DNA from: Nanobdellota archaeon
GTDB lineage: Archaea; Nanobdellota; Nanobdellia; Pacearchaeales; GW2011-AR1
Direction of reading: 5' to 3'
Length of the DNA stretch: 64,000 nucleotides
Assembly (NCBI GenBank): GCA_038045705.1
Contig: JBBSXO010000001.1
Location: 96,001-160,000, forward strand
The translations under genes were made by a program, and so were the position numbers. This document shows, one piece after another, positions 18,187 to 28,029 of the stretch (its first letter is position 1; the number at the start of each line of letters is the position of its first letter). Under the pieces are notes generated by a model. That model had not been told where the DNA came from, made no database searches, and saw only the letters and a program-made list of their open reading frames with translations.

Positions 18187-18820
18187 AGGCTTTTCTAGCT
18201 TCAACAATTGATTGAGTTTCTAATTTTTCAACAGCCTCAAGAATCTCACAGTTAGCTACTTCAATCCTGTAACAATTTCCCTCAATAGAAACTTTAGTTT
18301 CATTGGATTTCAATATTTCGATAACTTTATTTCCAGGTCTATTTTCACAAGTAGCCCATAGATCTCTGCGACTTCCAGCCTGCCAAAAGTCAAGATTTCC
18401 TGCAACAACAGTCATTTGGTTATCAGATATGAAACTAGACAAGCTTCCAACAGCAAGCGCACCATATCTACACTGTTGCAAACCTTCACTATTTATTGAT
18501 ATATAGACTACGGAGCCAGGAACCATCAAATTAGATTTACCTGTTAAAGAAACATTATTCTCTCTAGGATCTGTTCTAATATAGAAGTTATACTGTGCAA
18601 AAGCACCAGATTGGGTTTTAATATAATAAGTATGGTGAAATAATGGTATATCTCCAATCTTTTTTTTAGAAAAAGTAAGACCCTCATATTCAAAATAATT
18701 CAGACTCTTAAAATATGCACTTGCAATCAAGAATACTATAACTAACACTGCAAGAAAACCAAGAATTCCAAGTAATTCTCTTTCCAATTTTCTTTCTTTC
18801 TTTATAATCTTTTTATCCAT
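18179..18820 (-). CDS. Membrane-anchored hypothetical protein
   Basis: Basic N-terminus plus TM; Cys-containing C-terminal domain. Confidence 0.7.
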   Translation of the reverse strand: MDKKIIKKERKLERELLGILGFLAVLVIVFLIASAYFKSLNYFEYEGLTFSKKKIGDIPLFHHTYYIKTQSGAFAQYNFYIRTDPRENNVSLTGKSNLMVPGSVVYISINSEGLQQCRYGALAVGSLSSFISDNQMTVVAGNLDFWQAGSRRDLWATCENRPGNKVIEILKSNETKVSIEGNCYRIEVANCEILEAVEKLETQSIVEARKAFI

Positions 18821-18849
18821 ATTAATAATTGATATTTAGTCTTTTAAAA

Positions 18850-19404
18850 TTAACTGATTCCTAATATTTTGTATAAAAATGCATCAACTGTCTTCATATT
18901 TCCCTTAATAAAAATACAATTTTGCTCTTCAGTTATGCTTTGAATATAGTCATCCCTTACGACGATTAATGGATCAGGAGACGAACAGTCTTTTTCTGGT
19001 AAATCTCTTTCACACTGTCCATAACATGCCTCTTTAATATTTCCTAAATAAAGGCCAAGGCTATTATGTATTTCTTGCAGGCTACCAATCATTTCAGTAT
19101 CAACATAAATTTGTTTGCCAGATAAATCTGCTAAATTTTTACTTATCTGATAAGATGAGGTGTTAACTTCATCAACATGATGCGTAAAATAATATTTTTG
19201 ATTTCCAGTAGTATAAATCCAGTATTGGCCATTATTACTAAATCCTTGAGTTTCGTCAGGAACATTATTTCCCCCAAAATTAACCATACTCAATGCAAAT
19301 CCAAGAGTACTTAACAAAAGTAAGGAGATTATTACTATTCCTGAAATACGTTTTCTTCTTTGTTCTCTTTGAGTTATTTCTTTCAAACTTCTTATTTGAC
19401 CCAT
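18850..19404 (-). CDS. Membrane-anchored hypothetical protein
   Basis: Basic N-terminus plus TM (LLLSTLGFA); ends FLYKILGI. Confidence 0.7.
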   Translation of the reverse strand: MGQIRSLKEITQREQRRKRISGIVIISLLLLSTLGFALSMVNFGGNNVPDETQGFSNNGQYWIYTTGNQKYYFTHHVDEVNTSSYQISKNLADLSGKQIYVDTEMIGSLQEIHNSLGLYLGNIKEACYGQCERDLPEKDCSSPDPLIVVRDDYIQSITEEQNCIFIKGNMKTVDAFLYKILGIS

Positions 19405-19512
19405 ATCATTCAAAGAAAAAACTCATTTAAAAAACTTGGTTTTCTTAGTTGTCACACTCTAAAGAAATAAAAAAGAAAAAAAATAAAAAAAAGAAAAAAT
19501 CAGTTCACCTAT

Positions 19513-22149
19513 TTAAGCCGTAACAACAGTAGCTGCCGTAGCAGTTGTACCTGTCAATTTATGGTTTACGTTAGTCATTGGTTCTTGAGTTGTCAAGTAT
19601 GTTGCTGCGTTAGCAGTATCACCTTGTTCCCAACCACCAACAAGAGTAGCAACCTTAGAACTAGCCCATGGGTTAGCAAATGTTTGGATTATCCATTCAC
19701 CGCTTCCAGCACCACTAGCTGCAGTCCATGAAGCACCACAACCAGCACCGCTCCCTAGTAATGTTGATGCAGCAGTATTTACACAGCTACCTCCAACAAC
19801 GATTAAGTTCTTAGATGACATCGCAGTATTAGCTGACAATTCATCATCCATTATCTTAACATTTCCTAGAGTAGTTGAACTAGATCCAACAGCTAAGCTA
19901 TCAACATATACCTTTGCAGTTGTCTGAGTTTCAGGGTAGCTTATTTTAACGTGGTATTGGTCAGAATCAGATTGATCTGTTTCAACCAATGTTCCCCACT
20001 GATCCATCTTTTGATAAAGTTTATCATTGGTTTCAGTTTGGAATCCAGTATTTCCATAAGCAGTTCCTTTCATGTCGTTATCGCTGTTCCATGAGAAAGA
20101 TGATTCACTCACACTTACTCCAGTATCACTTACTCCTGCTCCTGACGTTTCAACAATCAAAGTGTTGTAGACATCAGCTTCATCTTTTTCTTCGAATAAG
20201 ATGATTGCAGGACGTGAGATAACAGCTCCGCCTTCCATTACATAAACCTTTGTCTCATTTACATTTCCAGTACTTGTAAAGTTAATTGTTAATTGACCAA
20301 CGGTTGCTGTTGCAGAAGATGCTCCATCAGATGCAGTTGTGTTAATTGCTAGTGAGCTTCCAACTGTAAAGTTGTGCAATCCACCAGCATTAGCAAGTGC
20401 AACGTTTGTATATCCATCTCCATCAGGAATCACAGCATTACTTCCCAACAAACCATTCGTACCATCCCATGAGGTTAAGTTTATGGTTATAGGTTCATAG
20501 AATGCTAAGTTAGCACCCTTTGAAGTCTCTATAGTTGGCCATAATATCATATTTGACCCAGTAGAGTCCGGTTGATTGAATCGGACAAATTGACTGCCAT
20601 CACTACTTGGATTCTTAACATAACTAAATGTATAAGAGTTTCCAGCTATATCTATTGTTCCAGATCCCTCAGATGTAGCCTCGCCCTGGGTACTTTCTTG
20701 AGTAACTAAGTTCTTTACTGTAATATAGTCATCACCAAATCCAGTAGTTCCATTTTGGATGCCTGTAACTTCAAGCAAAACTCCTTCGTCTTGGTTACCC
20801 AAAACAACAGAGCCTGACTGATTCACCCGAGCCATTTCAGCAACTTCTAACTCCCAATCATTTCCATCTCCAAGCCAAACACCAGTTCTACCTGAAGACC
20901 TGTTGTTGAGCCACTCCCAATTTTCGAGAGTTTCTCCTTCCCAGCTTGTAAATGTTATGGAAGCCATATCTGTTCCAGATGGTTTGATAAGGATGTCCTC
21001 ACGTTCATCAGTACTCTCCAAACCGGCAGACAAGCTATCAAAGACTAATCTGAAAGATCCATAAACTGGATCAACAAATTCATCTCCTGTCTTGAAAAAG
21101 TCAGCACTTCCATCGTCAGCAAATACTTGGATAGTAAGCTTTGTTATGTTTCCAGGATAAGTTCCTGCAGTTTCAAAGTCTACTTGAGTTCCATCAATTG
21201 CAGTTTCATCTGTTCCCGTTTTAACTTCGCTTCCATCTTGTAATGTTAAGCGGTTAGCTCCAACAACAATCTCTGCTTGAATTACATTCGTAGCAGTTGA
21301 TTCATCTGCAGTATTTACAGCTACTTCTACCCCCATTATTTTCTTGGAAGCAGCTTCGTTAATCTCTTTCTGATCAGATTGACCAGCAGAGTTTGTAACT
21401 TTTACAGTAGCTGCAGTATCAGACGCAGCAACAAGTTCTATAGTATATGTTTCACCCTCAACTTCAACAGCTTTAGATGGAACAGAGCTCGCGCTCCCTA
21501 CACTAAGCTGTAATGTTTCAGCAGATCTGAATAATATTAACTTAGTATCAGATGTAGCAGACGAAACAGTAAAATCTTGACCAAACAAATTTATACTTTC
21601 ACCTTCAGAATCCGCGTGTGTAAAGTTAACAGCTTCATCAAAAGTTACTGTCGTATTGTATAAATAAGTTGCCGCAGTAGTTCCATACAACATACCGACA
21701 CTAGGATCAAAACTAGATGTAGGTTCCTTTGCAAAAATAACTCTTGGGTTTGATCCAAGAACTATTTTGAATTGCGCTTCAGCTTCCACATTTCCAGAGA
21801 ATTCTGTATCTCCGAGAACAGTTGGAAGATTAGAGTCTGTAACTGAGCTTCTAACGGAACTCAATGAGTTGTTTAGTTGAATAGGTGTCGATGAAGTAAA
21901 TAGCTCATAAGCTTCATTACTTGCAGGAGCACCACTTCCACCACTACCAGCAAGAGCAGTACTCAATGCAGTAGATATATCAGTAACAGCGCCTAGATCT
22001 AAAGAATTACCATATACTATAGCTACATCAGCATTACCACTCGAAACGAATGGAGCAGGGAAGTTAGCAGCAGCAGCAAGTGCAACTGTAGATCCAAGCA
22101 TAGCTGTAGAAGCCATAGCAGAGGCAATTTTTCTAAAATTAAATTTCAT
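19513..22149 (-). CDS. Major S-layer protein
   Basis: MKFNFRKIAS signal, FPAPFV, ADVAIVYG, C-terminal NLIVVGGSCVN; strong SD AGGAGGT at 22162-22168. Confidence 0.88.
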   Translation of the reverse strand: MKFNFRKIASAMASTAMLGSTVALAAAANFPAPFVSSGNADVAIVYGNSLDLGAVTDISTALSTALAGSGGSGAPASNEAYELFTSSTPIQLNNSLSSVRSSVTDSNLPTVLGDTEFSGNVEAEAQFKIVLGSNPRVIFAKEPTSSFDPSVGMLYGTTAATYLYNTTVTFDEAVNFTHADSEGESINLFGQDFTVSSATSDTKLILFRSAETLQLSVGSASSVPSKAVEVEGETYTIELVAASDTAATVKVTNSAGQSDQKEINEAASKKIMGVEVAVNTADESTATNVIQAEIVVGANRLTLQDGSEVKTGTDETAIDGTQVDFETAGTYPGNITKLTIQVFADDGSADFFKTGDEFVDPVYGSFRLVFDSLSAGLESTDEREDILIKPSGTDMASITFTSWEGETLENWEWLNNRSSGRTGVWLGDGNDWELEVAEMARVNQSGSVVLGNQDEGVLLEVTGIQNGTTGFGDDYITVKNLVTQESTQGEATSEGSGTIDIAGNSYTFSYVKNPSSDGSQFVRFNQPDSTGSNMILWPTIETSKGANLAFYEPITINLTSWDGTNGLLGSNAVIPDGDGYTNVALANAGGLHNFTVGSSLAINTTASDGASSATATVGQLTINFTSTGNVNETKVYVMEGGAVISRPAIILFEEKDEADVYNTLIVETSGAGVSDTGVSVSESSFSWNSDNDMKGTAYGNTGFQTETNDKLYQKMDQWGTLVETDQSDSDQYHVKISYPETQTTAKVYVDSLAVGSSSTTLGNVKIMDDELSANTAMSSKNLIVVGGSCVNTAASTLLGSGAGCGASWTAASGAGSGEWIIQTFANPWASSKVATLVGGWEQGDTANAATYLTTQEPMTNVNHKLTGTTATAATVVTA

Positions 22150-22320
22150 TATTTATTATAAACCTCCTTTCAGTTATGTCGCGTAGCAACTCCGCAGAGT
22201 CCCTCATCAAGGAAGCCACCGGTTTAATCCGTAGCCCGCCAAGTGAGCCGTGCAATATACGTTTTGTTTCGTTTTGTATCGGTCTCATCATTTAGATTTA
22301 CGCTCCGAAGAGCGTTAAGT
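22150..22320 (-). promoter_or_regulatory. Long structured 5' leader of S-layer mRNA (candidate cis-regulatory RNA)
   Basis: GC-rich non-coding island; ACGCTC-TTCG-GAGCGT hairpin at 22300-22315; several further stems; TATA-like element near 22338-22345. Confidence 0.65.
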
Positions 22321-22532
22321 ACTCTACTGAAAAGCTCTTTAAAAAGCTTTCTATCTCTGTTCGCTTATTTACATGACTCAATTGTCAACTTTGATATTTA
22401 TATATAAACATTTGCTTATTACTACATAATGATTAAATAATTATATCGTTGTTATTCAAATAAATATATGGTATTTTTAGAATATAGGGCATAGAAAACA
22501 TATAAATAGTTAAATGTATTAAATATAGTATT

Positions 22533-22892
22533 ATGGTCCAAAAACAAAGAATAAAAGAGATAACTATAACTGAAGAGAGAGGAACATTTTCTTCTTTCTT
22601 CAAAAAGTTTTCAAGTGACAAAAACGATTTTGATTTCAAGGGTTTAGATTCATTAAGATCTTTACTTTCAAACGAAAAAGCTAGGATTCTCCATGTTATA
22701 AAATCAAGAAATCCTAAATCAATCTATGATGTTTCTAAGTTGGTAAATAGAGACTTTAAGTCTGTATCTCAAGATATAAAACTCTTAGAAGAGTTTGGTC
22801 TCATAGATTTAATAAAAGAAAGCACCGGAAAAAGAGAAAGATTAAGACCAGTTATCATAATAGACATATTAAAAATAGATATAGTCTTATAA
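22533..22892 (+). CDS. HTH transcriptional regulator (HVO_A0114/COG4190-like)
   Basis: PKSIYDVSKLVNRDFKSVSQDIKLLEEFGLI...RLRP. Confidence 0.85.
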   Translation: MVQKQRIKEITITEERGTFSSFFKKFSSDKNDFDFKGLDSLRSLLSNEKARILHVIKSRNPKSIYDVSKLVNRDFKSVSQDIKLLEEFGLIDLIKESTGKRERLRPVIIIDILKIDIVL

Positions 22893-23399
22893 TTATGAGC
22901 ATAATTTTGCCTGAACAACTATGTTCCCAGGAAACTGAGGTATAAAATAAGAGTTACCTATGTAATTATTGCTACAATTCCCTTGATTTATGGAGAATAT
23001 TTCTTCTCCTTGCCCGCTCGAAGAATTAGAGTTATATTTACCTACAACTTCATATCCTTTGTAAGGGTATTCTGGACCAACTTTCCAAGTAGCATTGAAC
23101 ATGCTTACAATAGCACCTTCAACAGATTCACAAGAATTAGATCCACTTAAGCAAGAGTTATCGAAAGAATGGCATTCCTTTATCAATTCATTAAGTGCAA
23201 GGTTTTTACCGTTTACCCTTATAACACAATCAGTTGTCTGCTCCATAGAACTTTCAATAAACTGGTATAATATCTCGCTATTCTTTTGAACAGGTTCTGG
23301 ATTTCGTAACTTTATTCCTATAAATATAACCAATGCAATAGCTAAAATTACAACAATAAGCACAAAGCCAACTATCTCCTCTTGACCCTTTTTCTTCAT
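22893..23399 (-). CDS. Pilin-like protein, class III signal peptide
   Basis: MKKKG/QEEIVGFVLIVVIL; Cys pairs. Confidence 0.8.
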   Translation of the reverse strand: MKKKGQEEIVGFVLIVVILAIALVIFIGIKLRNPEPVQKNSEILYQFIESSMEQTTDCVIRVNGKNLALNELIKECHSFDNSCLSGSNSCESVEGAIVSMFNATWKVGPEYPYKGYEVVGKYNSNSSSGQGEEIFSINQGNCSNNYIGNSYFIPQFPGNIVVQAKLCS

Positions 23400-23401
23400 A
23401 A

Positions 23402-23920
23402 TTATGATACTCCCTCAAAACCCATCAATATTTTACCAAGTTCACATTTAGTCTGTTTAATCTCATTGTCAAATCTACAAAGAGAAACAAAAGACTCGTA
23501 AGCCTCAAAATCTCCTTTATTTACAAGAGTTATTTCATTACATCGTGGATAACTTTCAGTAGTACACTCGCTTGTTTCATACAATGGATAAACTCTACTA
23601 ATCTTAATTAATGAAACATCAGTCCAAAATCCTTTGTAGGAGTTTCTTTCCTTAAGCAAAAACAATTTATCTAAATCTACACAGGAGCTACAATCATCAG
23701 AACTAATCCAATTAAATTCAGGAGTTCCAGCCATCTTTCTGACTTGTGTTAAAACTGCCTCTTTTCGCAAATCATCTACATCTCCTCTTAAAGAACTAAA
23801 TCTTATAGAAACAAAGAAAACAGAAACTATTCCAAATAGAATAATTATTGCAACTATAATAAAAACCATTTGTTGTATTTTAAACTGACCTTTAGAATAT
23901 TTTACATGAAGCAAGTTCAT
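23402..23920 (-). CDS. Pilin-like protein, class III signal peptide
   Basis: SKG/QFKIQQMVFIIVAIII; SD AGGAGG precedes the ATG at 23920. Confidence 0.78.
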   Translation of the reverse strand: MNLLHVKYSKGQFKIQQMVFIIVAIIILFGIVSVFFVSIRFSSLRGDVDDLRKEAVLTQVRKMAGTPEFNWISSDDCSSCVDLDKLFLLKERNSYKGFWTDVSLIKISRVYPLYETSECTTESYPRCNEITLVNKGDFEAYESFVSLCRFDNEIKQTKCELGKILMGFEGVS

Positions 23921-24839
23921 TATTCCTCCTTTCCAAATCTTTTGCAATAGGGATAACTTGTCTTACAAAATCCCTTGAATTATTTATATTTGCTACAAGG
24001 ATAAAATTTTGTAAATCTGAGACGAGATTATTAGAACAACCACTGCCTTCAACATATATAGCCTTCTTAGAATAAACAACTGCCAGTTCAGAAGCCCTTT
24101 TCATTAATCTTTTGACTTGACACTCATATATTTCATAATCTGAAAGTATTGCACCAAGCATAAGATTGTCCCCATCATAATACATATCTTTTCCAGATTT
24201 ACTTACAACCTTAGACATAGTGTTTACATTAATATCACATCCTATTCTATCAAAACATACTTTAGTTGAATTTGCAGGACAAGATAGGATATTAGTAGAA
24301 ATGTTTATTCCTATATCTTGCTTGCCATCAGCAGACAAATCTAAAATTAACTCTTCAATGTCATTTGTAGGATTAACAAAACAATATTTTTGCCCATAAA
24401 TAGAGATTATATCTCCTATTTTAAAAGGAGCAAATATAGGATTAACCATAACATTTAGTTTATCATTCTTAGTTTCTTCAATCTTTCTAGAAAATATATA
24501 TTTGTTATAAACTGACTTTCTAACGCTTTGTTCACTCCATTCATCTCTTGATTTTGATGCTGTGCTTAATCTTTGTATTCCGAAAGCTCCATCAGTAGAA
24601 CATTCATTGTAAACCTTGGTATCTGTAGCAAATTCAATTACAGAATATTTGTTATCTTCAAGATTTGTTTCAACAGGGTTAAGTAAGTTAGCAAGCTCTC
24701 CTGCAACTAAAGTATCTCTCTTAACATCGCTAGAATTGATTAATTGAGATGTTATATAAATAGCAGAAGCAAGTATCACTGCTCCCGCAATAATAGCGAA
24801 TATCCAACTAAATGTAAAATCTATTCCTTTTTTATTCAT
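23892..24839 (-). CDS. Pilin-like protein, class III signal peptide
   Basis: MNKKG/IDFTFSWIFAIIAGAVIL. Confidence 0.8.
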   Translation of the reverse strand: MNKKGIDFTFSWIFAIIAGAVILASAIYITSQLINSSDVKRDTLVAGELANLLNPVETNLEDNKYSVIEFATDTKVYNECSTDGAFGIQRLSTASKSRDEWSEQSVRKSVYNKYIFSRKIEETKNDKLNVMVNPIFAPFKIGDIISIYGQKYCFVNPTNDIEELILDLSADGKQDIGINISTNILSCPANSTKVCFDRIGCDINVNTMSKVVSKSGKDMYYDGDNLMLGAILSDYEIYECQVKRLMKRASELAVVYSKKAIYVEGSGCSNNLVSDLQNFILVANINNSRDFVRQVIPIAKDLERRNNELASCKIF

Positions 24840-25335
24840 GTTGCACTTTAACAAGAGATTCAAATTCTCCTTTGGACAGCCTTATGTTTACTTTTCTATT
24901 TACAGATTCAAAACAATCAAAAGTTCCAAGAGAAGAAATGTCTATTTTATCTATTTTTTTGAAAGCAAATTCATTAGCTTTTTCAGGGGGATAAATAAAC
25001 ATGTTTGTATTTTCTTGTTGAAATCTTGAAGAGCTTTGTCTTAAAGATTTTAATTGTGAAGTATATCTTCCAGCATCAATATTGTTAGCAATAGATCCAA
25101 AGCAAACAAACTTTACAGAACTAGGAGTTGAAAAACTAACCACTTTATTTGTAGTAGCAGAACTCCAAATATCATTTACTGAATTTTGAAATTCTTCGTA
25201 AAAAAGTCCAATTTCGGCAACGCTTCCAACTTGTAAAAAGATAGTTATTCCGTAAACAGCAACTCCAATAAGTGCAATTATTATGATCACAGAGAAAATC
25301 ATTCCAAATGAGATTTCAATAGATCCCTTTACCAT
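24832..25335 (-). CDS. Pilin-like protein, class III signal peptide
   Basis: MVKG/SIEISFGMIFSVIIII. Confidence 0.8.
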   Translation of the reverse strand: MVKGSIEISFGMIFSVIIIIALIGVAVYGITIFLQVGSVAEIGLFYEEFQNSVNDIWSSATTNKVVSFSTPSSVKFVCFGSIANNIDAGRYTSQLKSLRQSSSRFQQENTNMFIYPPEKANEFAFKKIDKIDISSLGTFDCFESVNRKVNIRLSKGEFESLVKVQHE

Positions 25336-25336
25336 T

Positions 25337-27409
25337 TTATCTTATATTTGTTGCACTAGCTACTAAAGAACAGCTATTAGGTCCAGGCTCATTATCAAAA
25401 GTATCTCTACATTTAATATAATATGCAATATTAGGTTTCCATTCAGCATAATGACTTTTCTTGTTTGAAGTTGAAATATAAAGCAATTCAATCCCTTCAT
25501 CAAAATTAAAGTTACAGCTATTCAAGGAATAAGCACAAGCAGCATCTTCATTAGTAACTATTTTTAAAGCATTATTAGAAGAATCTCTGTAAGCTCTAGT
25601 AATTAAAGGTGCAAATGTATCCACAATAACTGAAAAACTTACTTCAGCCTCAGCAGCATTTCCTCCATAATCAACACATCTAAATTTATAATTATAATTT
25701 CCAGTTGGCAAATTAAGTCTTTGTGAATGTTCAACAGCATCAGTTTCAAACATCAGAACATAACTATCGGGCAATCCAGTAGAGCTAAATGAGCAAATAG
25801 ACACTCCTTCATTTGCCCCATCATCTGTTGTAACTCTCAAATCCACTGGAACTGTATTTGTATTTCCAGTAGCTGTTCCATTAGGAGATACAAAGATTAT
25901 ATTCAACGGTTGCGAACCTATCAATTTATAATTATAACTTGCAACGTTAACATTTCTCTCTTCTTCTGCTTTTGAAGGCTGGTCTTTACATCTTACAAAA
26001 AAGTTGTTTTCCTGTCTATCTACAATTCCATTGAGATTAGTTGAACAGGTATACAATTCACGCGCATTTATTTGAGTGAGAGAAGTAGCACAGCTCATAG
26101 TATTTTCCATAACTGAATATTCTTTACTTTGAGCGCTCCATTTACATGTTGCAGGTTCATTAATGTAAAATTGAACTGGTACAGATTGAACTCCAAATTT
26201 AACATAACTCCCACTAGGAATAGAAGTCTCAACTATTACTGGAGCAGTTGTATCAGGACTAGGGTCAACACATAACTGAACAGCATATTCATCAACATTC
26301 TCATTCCCATTTTTATCTCTGCATCTTACAAAGAAATCATATTTCCCATCTGCTTGTAATTCTGGAAGTTCAGCATTAAGAGAATCTGGCGAAGGCAGAC
26401 TAAATTGTTGGGTATGATTATATAAATACAAATTAGTATTTCCGAAAAGGAATTGCATTTCATCGAATGAGTCTTTATGTTCTAAATCTAACTTACATTG
26501 GCTTGCCTCATTAGTTGTAATTCCAAAAGTAAGTGGTGTAAACGCTTGCAAGCAACCATCTGTAGCACCATTTCTAACTATTTTAGTTCCTAGTGAAGTT
26601 GGTCTTGTTTCATGATTTGTATATCTATGGTTTTCAGTCAATGGTTCTGTCCAAGGAGTTATCGTCGGAGAAGTAGCATCATTAGGGTTTACCCAGACAC
26701 ATTTCTCATCAGTAGTTCCAACGTTTACAAGTTCACAAGCTTGTCCTAAACTCCTGCAACGATATTCAGAGCAAGGTCTAAAGGAATCTTTGTTACACTC
26801 TTCGCAATCATTCCCACCAATTGGAGCTTCATAAGGTAAACATTGGAAATTTACAACTTTAGAAGATTCTTTTTTATACATAATCGCATAAACAACGACG
26901 GCAATTCCAATAGCCCACAATGTTGCTCCTCCAGAAGCTCCTAAAAAGTTTGGATCTGCAAAACCCAAACTATTAAACAAGTTAGTGCTACCTTGAGCCT
27001 CTAAAAACCCAAACCTTCCAATTGCAACACCAATTCCTAAAGCAGCAGATGCAGCCTTTTTTTGATTATCATCGAGCCCAAGAAAGTCTCCTGCAAAATA
27101 AACAACTCCATAAGCAATTCCTCCCCAAATTAGCCCGGATAATAAACTACCCACAAAACCTTCAATACCCAAAGGTGTTCTTCCAAGAATATCAGTGTTT
27201 GGTTCAGGAGGTGGAGGTTCAGGACTAGGACTTGCTTTGAGCCCTGCATTTCCAGATCTTGCAGCTAATAACGCTCCAGGACCTACACCTTGTGCACTAG
27301 TCAATAAACTCTCATGAATCAAAAAAGCAAAACTAAAGACCGCTAAGATTATAATTAAAATATGCGAAATTGCAATACTTTTTAGAACACCACCTCTTCG
27401 ATAAAACAT
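25337..27409 (-). CDS. Secreted Cys-rich protein with Gly-rich hydrophobic segment and Ig-like repeats; paralog of the C-terminal half of 31995-35654
   Basis: Signal ending LTSAQ; GLIWGGIAYG...LGIGVAIG; FQCLPYEAPIGGNDC; repeated TNE.A.C...Y.VRC.D..GN. Confidence 0.8.
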   Translation of the reverse strand: MFYRRGGVLKSIAISHILIIILAVFSFAFLIHESLLTSAQGVGPGALLAARSGNAGLKASPSPEPPPPEPNTDILGRTPLGIEGFVGSLLSGLIWGGIAYGVVYFAGDFLGLDDNQKKAASAALGIGVAIGRFGFLEAQGSTNLFNSLGFADPNFLGASGGATLWAIGIAVVVYAIMYKKESSKVVNFQCLPYEAPIGGNDCEECNKDSFRPCSEYRCRSLGQACELVNVGTTDEKCVWVNPNDATSPTITPWTEPLTENHRYTNHETRPTSLGTKIVRNGATDGCLQAFTPLTFGITTNEASQCKLDLEHKDSFDEMQFLFGNTNLYLYNHTQQFSLPSPDSLNAELPELQADGKYDFFVRCRDKNGNENVDEYAVQLCVDPSPDTTAPVIVETSIPSGSYVKFGVQSVPVQFYINEPATCKWSAQSKEYSVMENTMSCATSLTQINARELYTCSTNLNGIVDRQENNFFVRCKDQPSKAEEERNVNVASYNYKLIGSQPLNIIFVSPNGTATGNTNTVPVDLRVTTDDGANEGVSICSFSSTGLPDSYVLMFETDAVEHSQRLNLPTGNYNYKFRCVDYGGNAAEAEVSFSVIVDTFAPLITRAYRDSSNNALKIVTNEDAACAYSLNSCNFNFDEGIELLYISTSNKKSHYAEWKPNIAYYIKCRDTFDNEPGPNSCSLVASATNIR

Positions 27410-27471
27410 ACTTGCTTAATGAAATAATTCTTTATAAATATTAGTAAAACTAAAAAGCTAAAATATTCTAA

Positions 27472-27963
27472 CTATCTTTCCATAATCTCAACATTATAAC
27501 CGCCCATCGCATTTCTATCAAGGGTAAAATAAAGATAAACACTTGTAGGGCTATCAAACGAAATAGAACTATGGGGAGAAGAGTTACTTAATTGTAAGAT
27601 TCTAGTATCAATTATTCTTTCATCCCCTGTTCCATTATATTTAACATAAATTCCAAATGTTTTTCCTTGACAGTTTTGCTGAGTTGCTCCAAAGACAAAT
27701 TCTTCTCCTACATAAAATGTAGTCCTTCCTTTATTTACAATCTCAGTTCTTGGATCCAAGAAACCATCTCCATTACTATCTTTAAAATCACTCCCAATAA
27801 AAGGCATACAAGTGATGTTATTATTGCCTTGACCTCTAGCAGTCACACGTGCATGATGATCTGCAATAATAAGACCTCCAAGAAGCTGAGCACAACCCGT
27901 AAGAGGCAAAGTAGCCCCTAAGATCATCCCCGCCAAGCCTAGATCTTTAGTCCTAGATTTCAT
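27472..27963 (-). CDS. Hypothetical lipoprotein
   Basis: Lipobox LPLTGC; DSNGDGFLD Ca-binding-like loop; own TATA/BRE. Confidence 0.65.
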   Translation of the reverse strand: MKSRTKDLGLAGMILGATLPLTGCAQLLGGLIIADHHARVTARGQGNNNITCMPFIGSDFKDSNGDGFLDPRTEIVNKGRTTFYVGEEFVFGATQQNCQGKTFGIYVKYNGTGDERIIDTRILQLSNSSPHSSISFDSPTSVYLYFTLDRNAMGGYNVEIMER

Positions 27964-28029
27964 TTTCAGGTACGATTCATAGATTAAACGAATATTTAAA
28001 TCTTTCTGTTACTTAATAGTTACAAAAAT

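Noticed and set aside
22255-22295. Hammerhead-like words (UGAUGA...CGAAAC...GUA) in the S-layer leader
   Set aside because: Core reads AUGAUGA rather than CUGAUGA, and stems I-III cannot form convincingly
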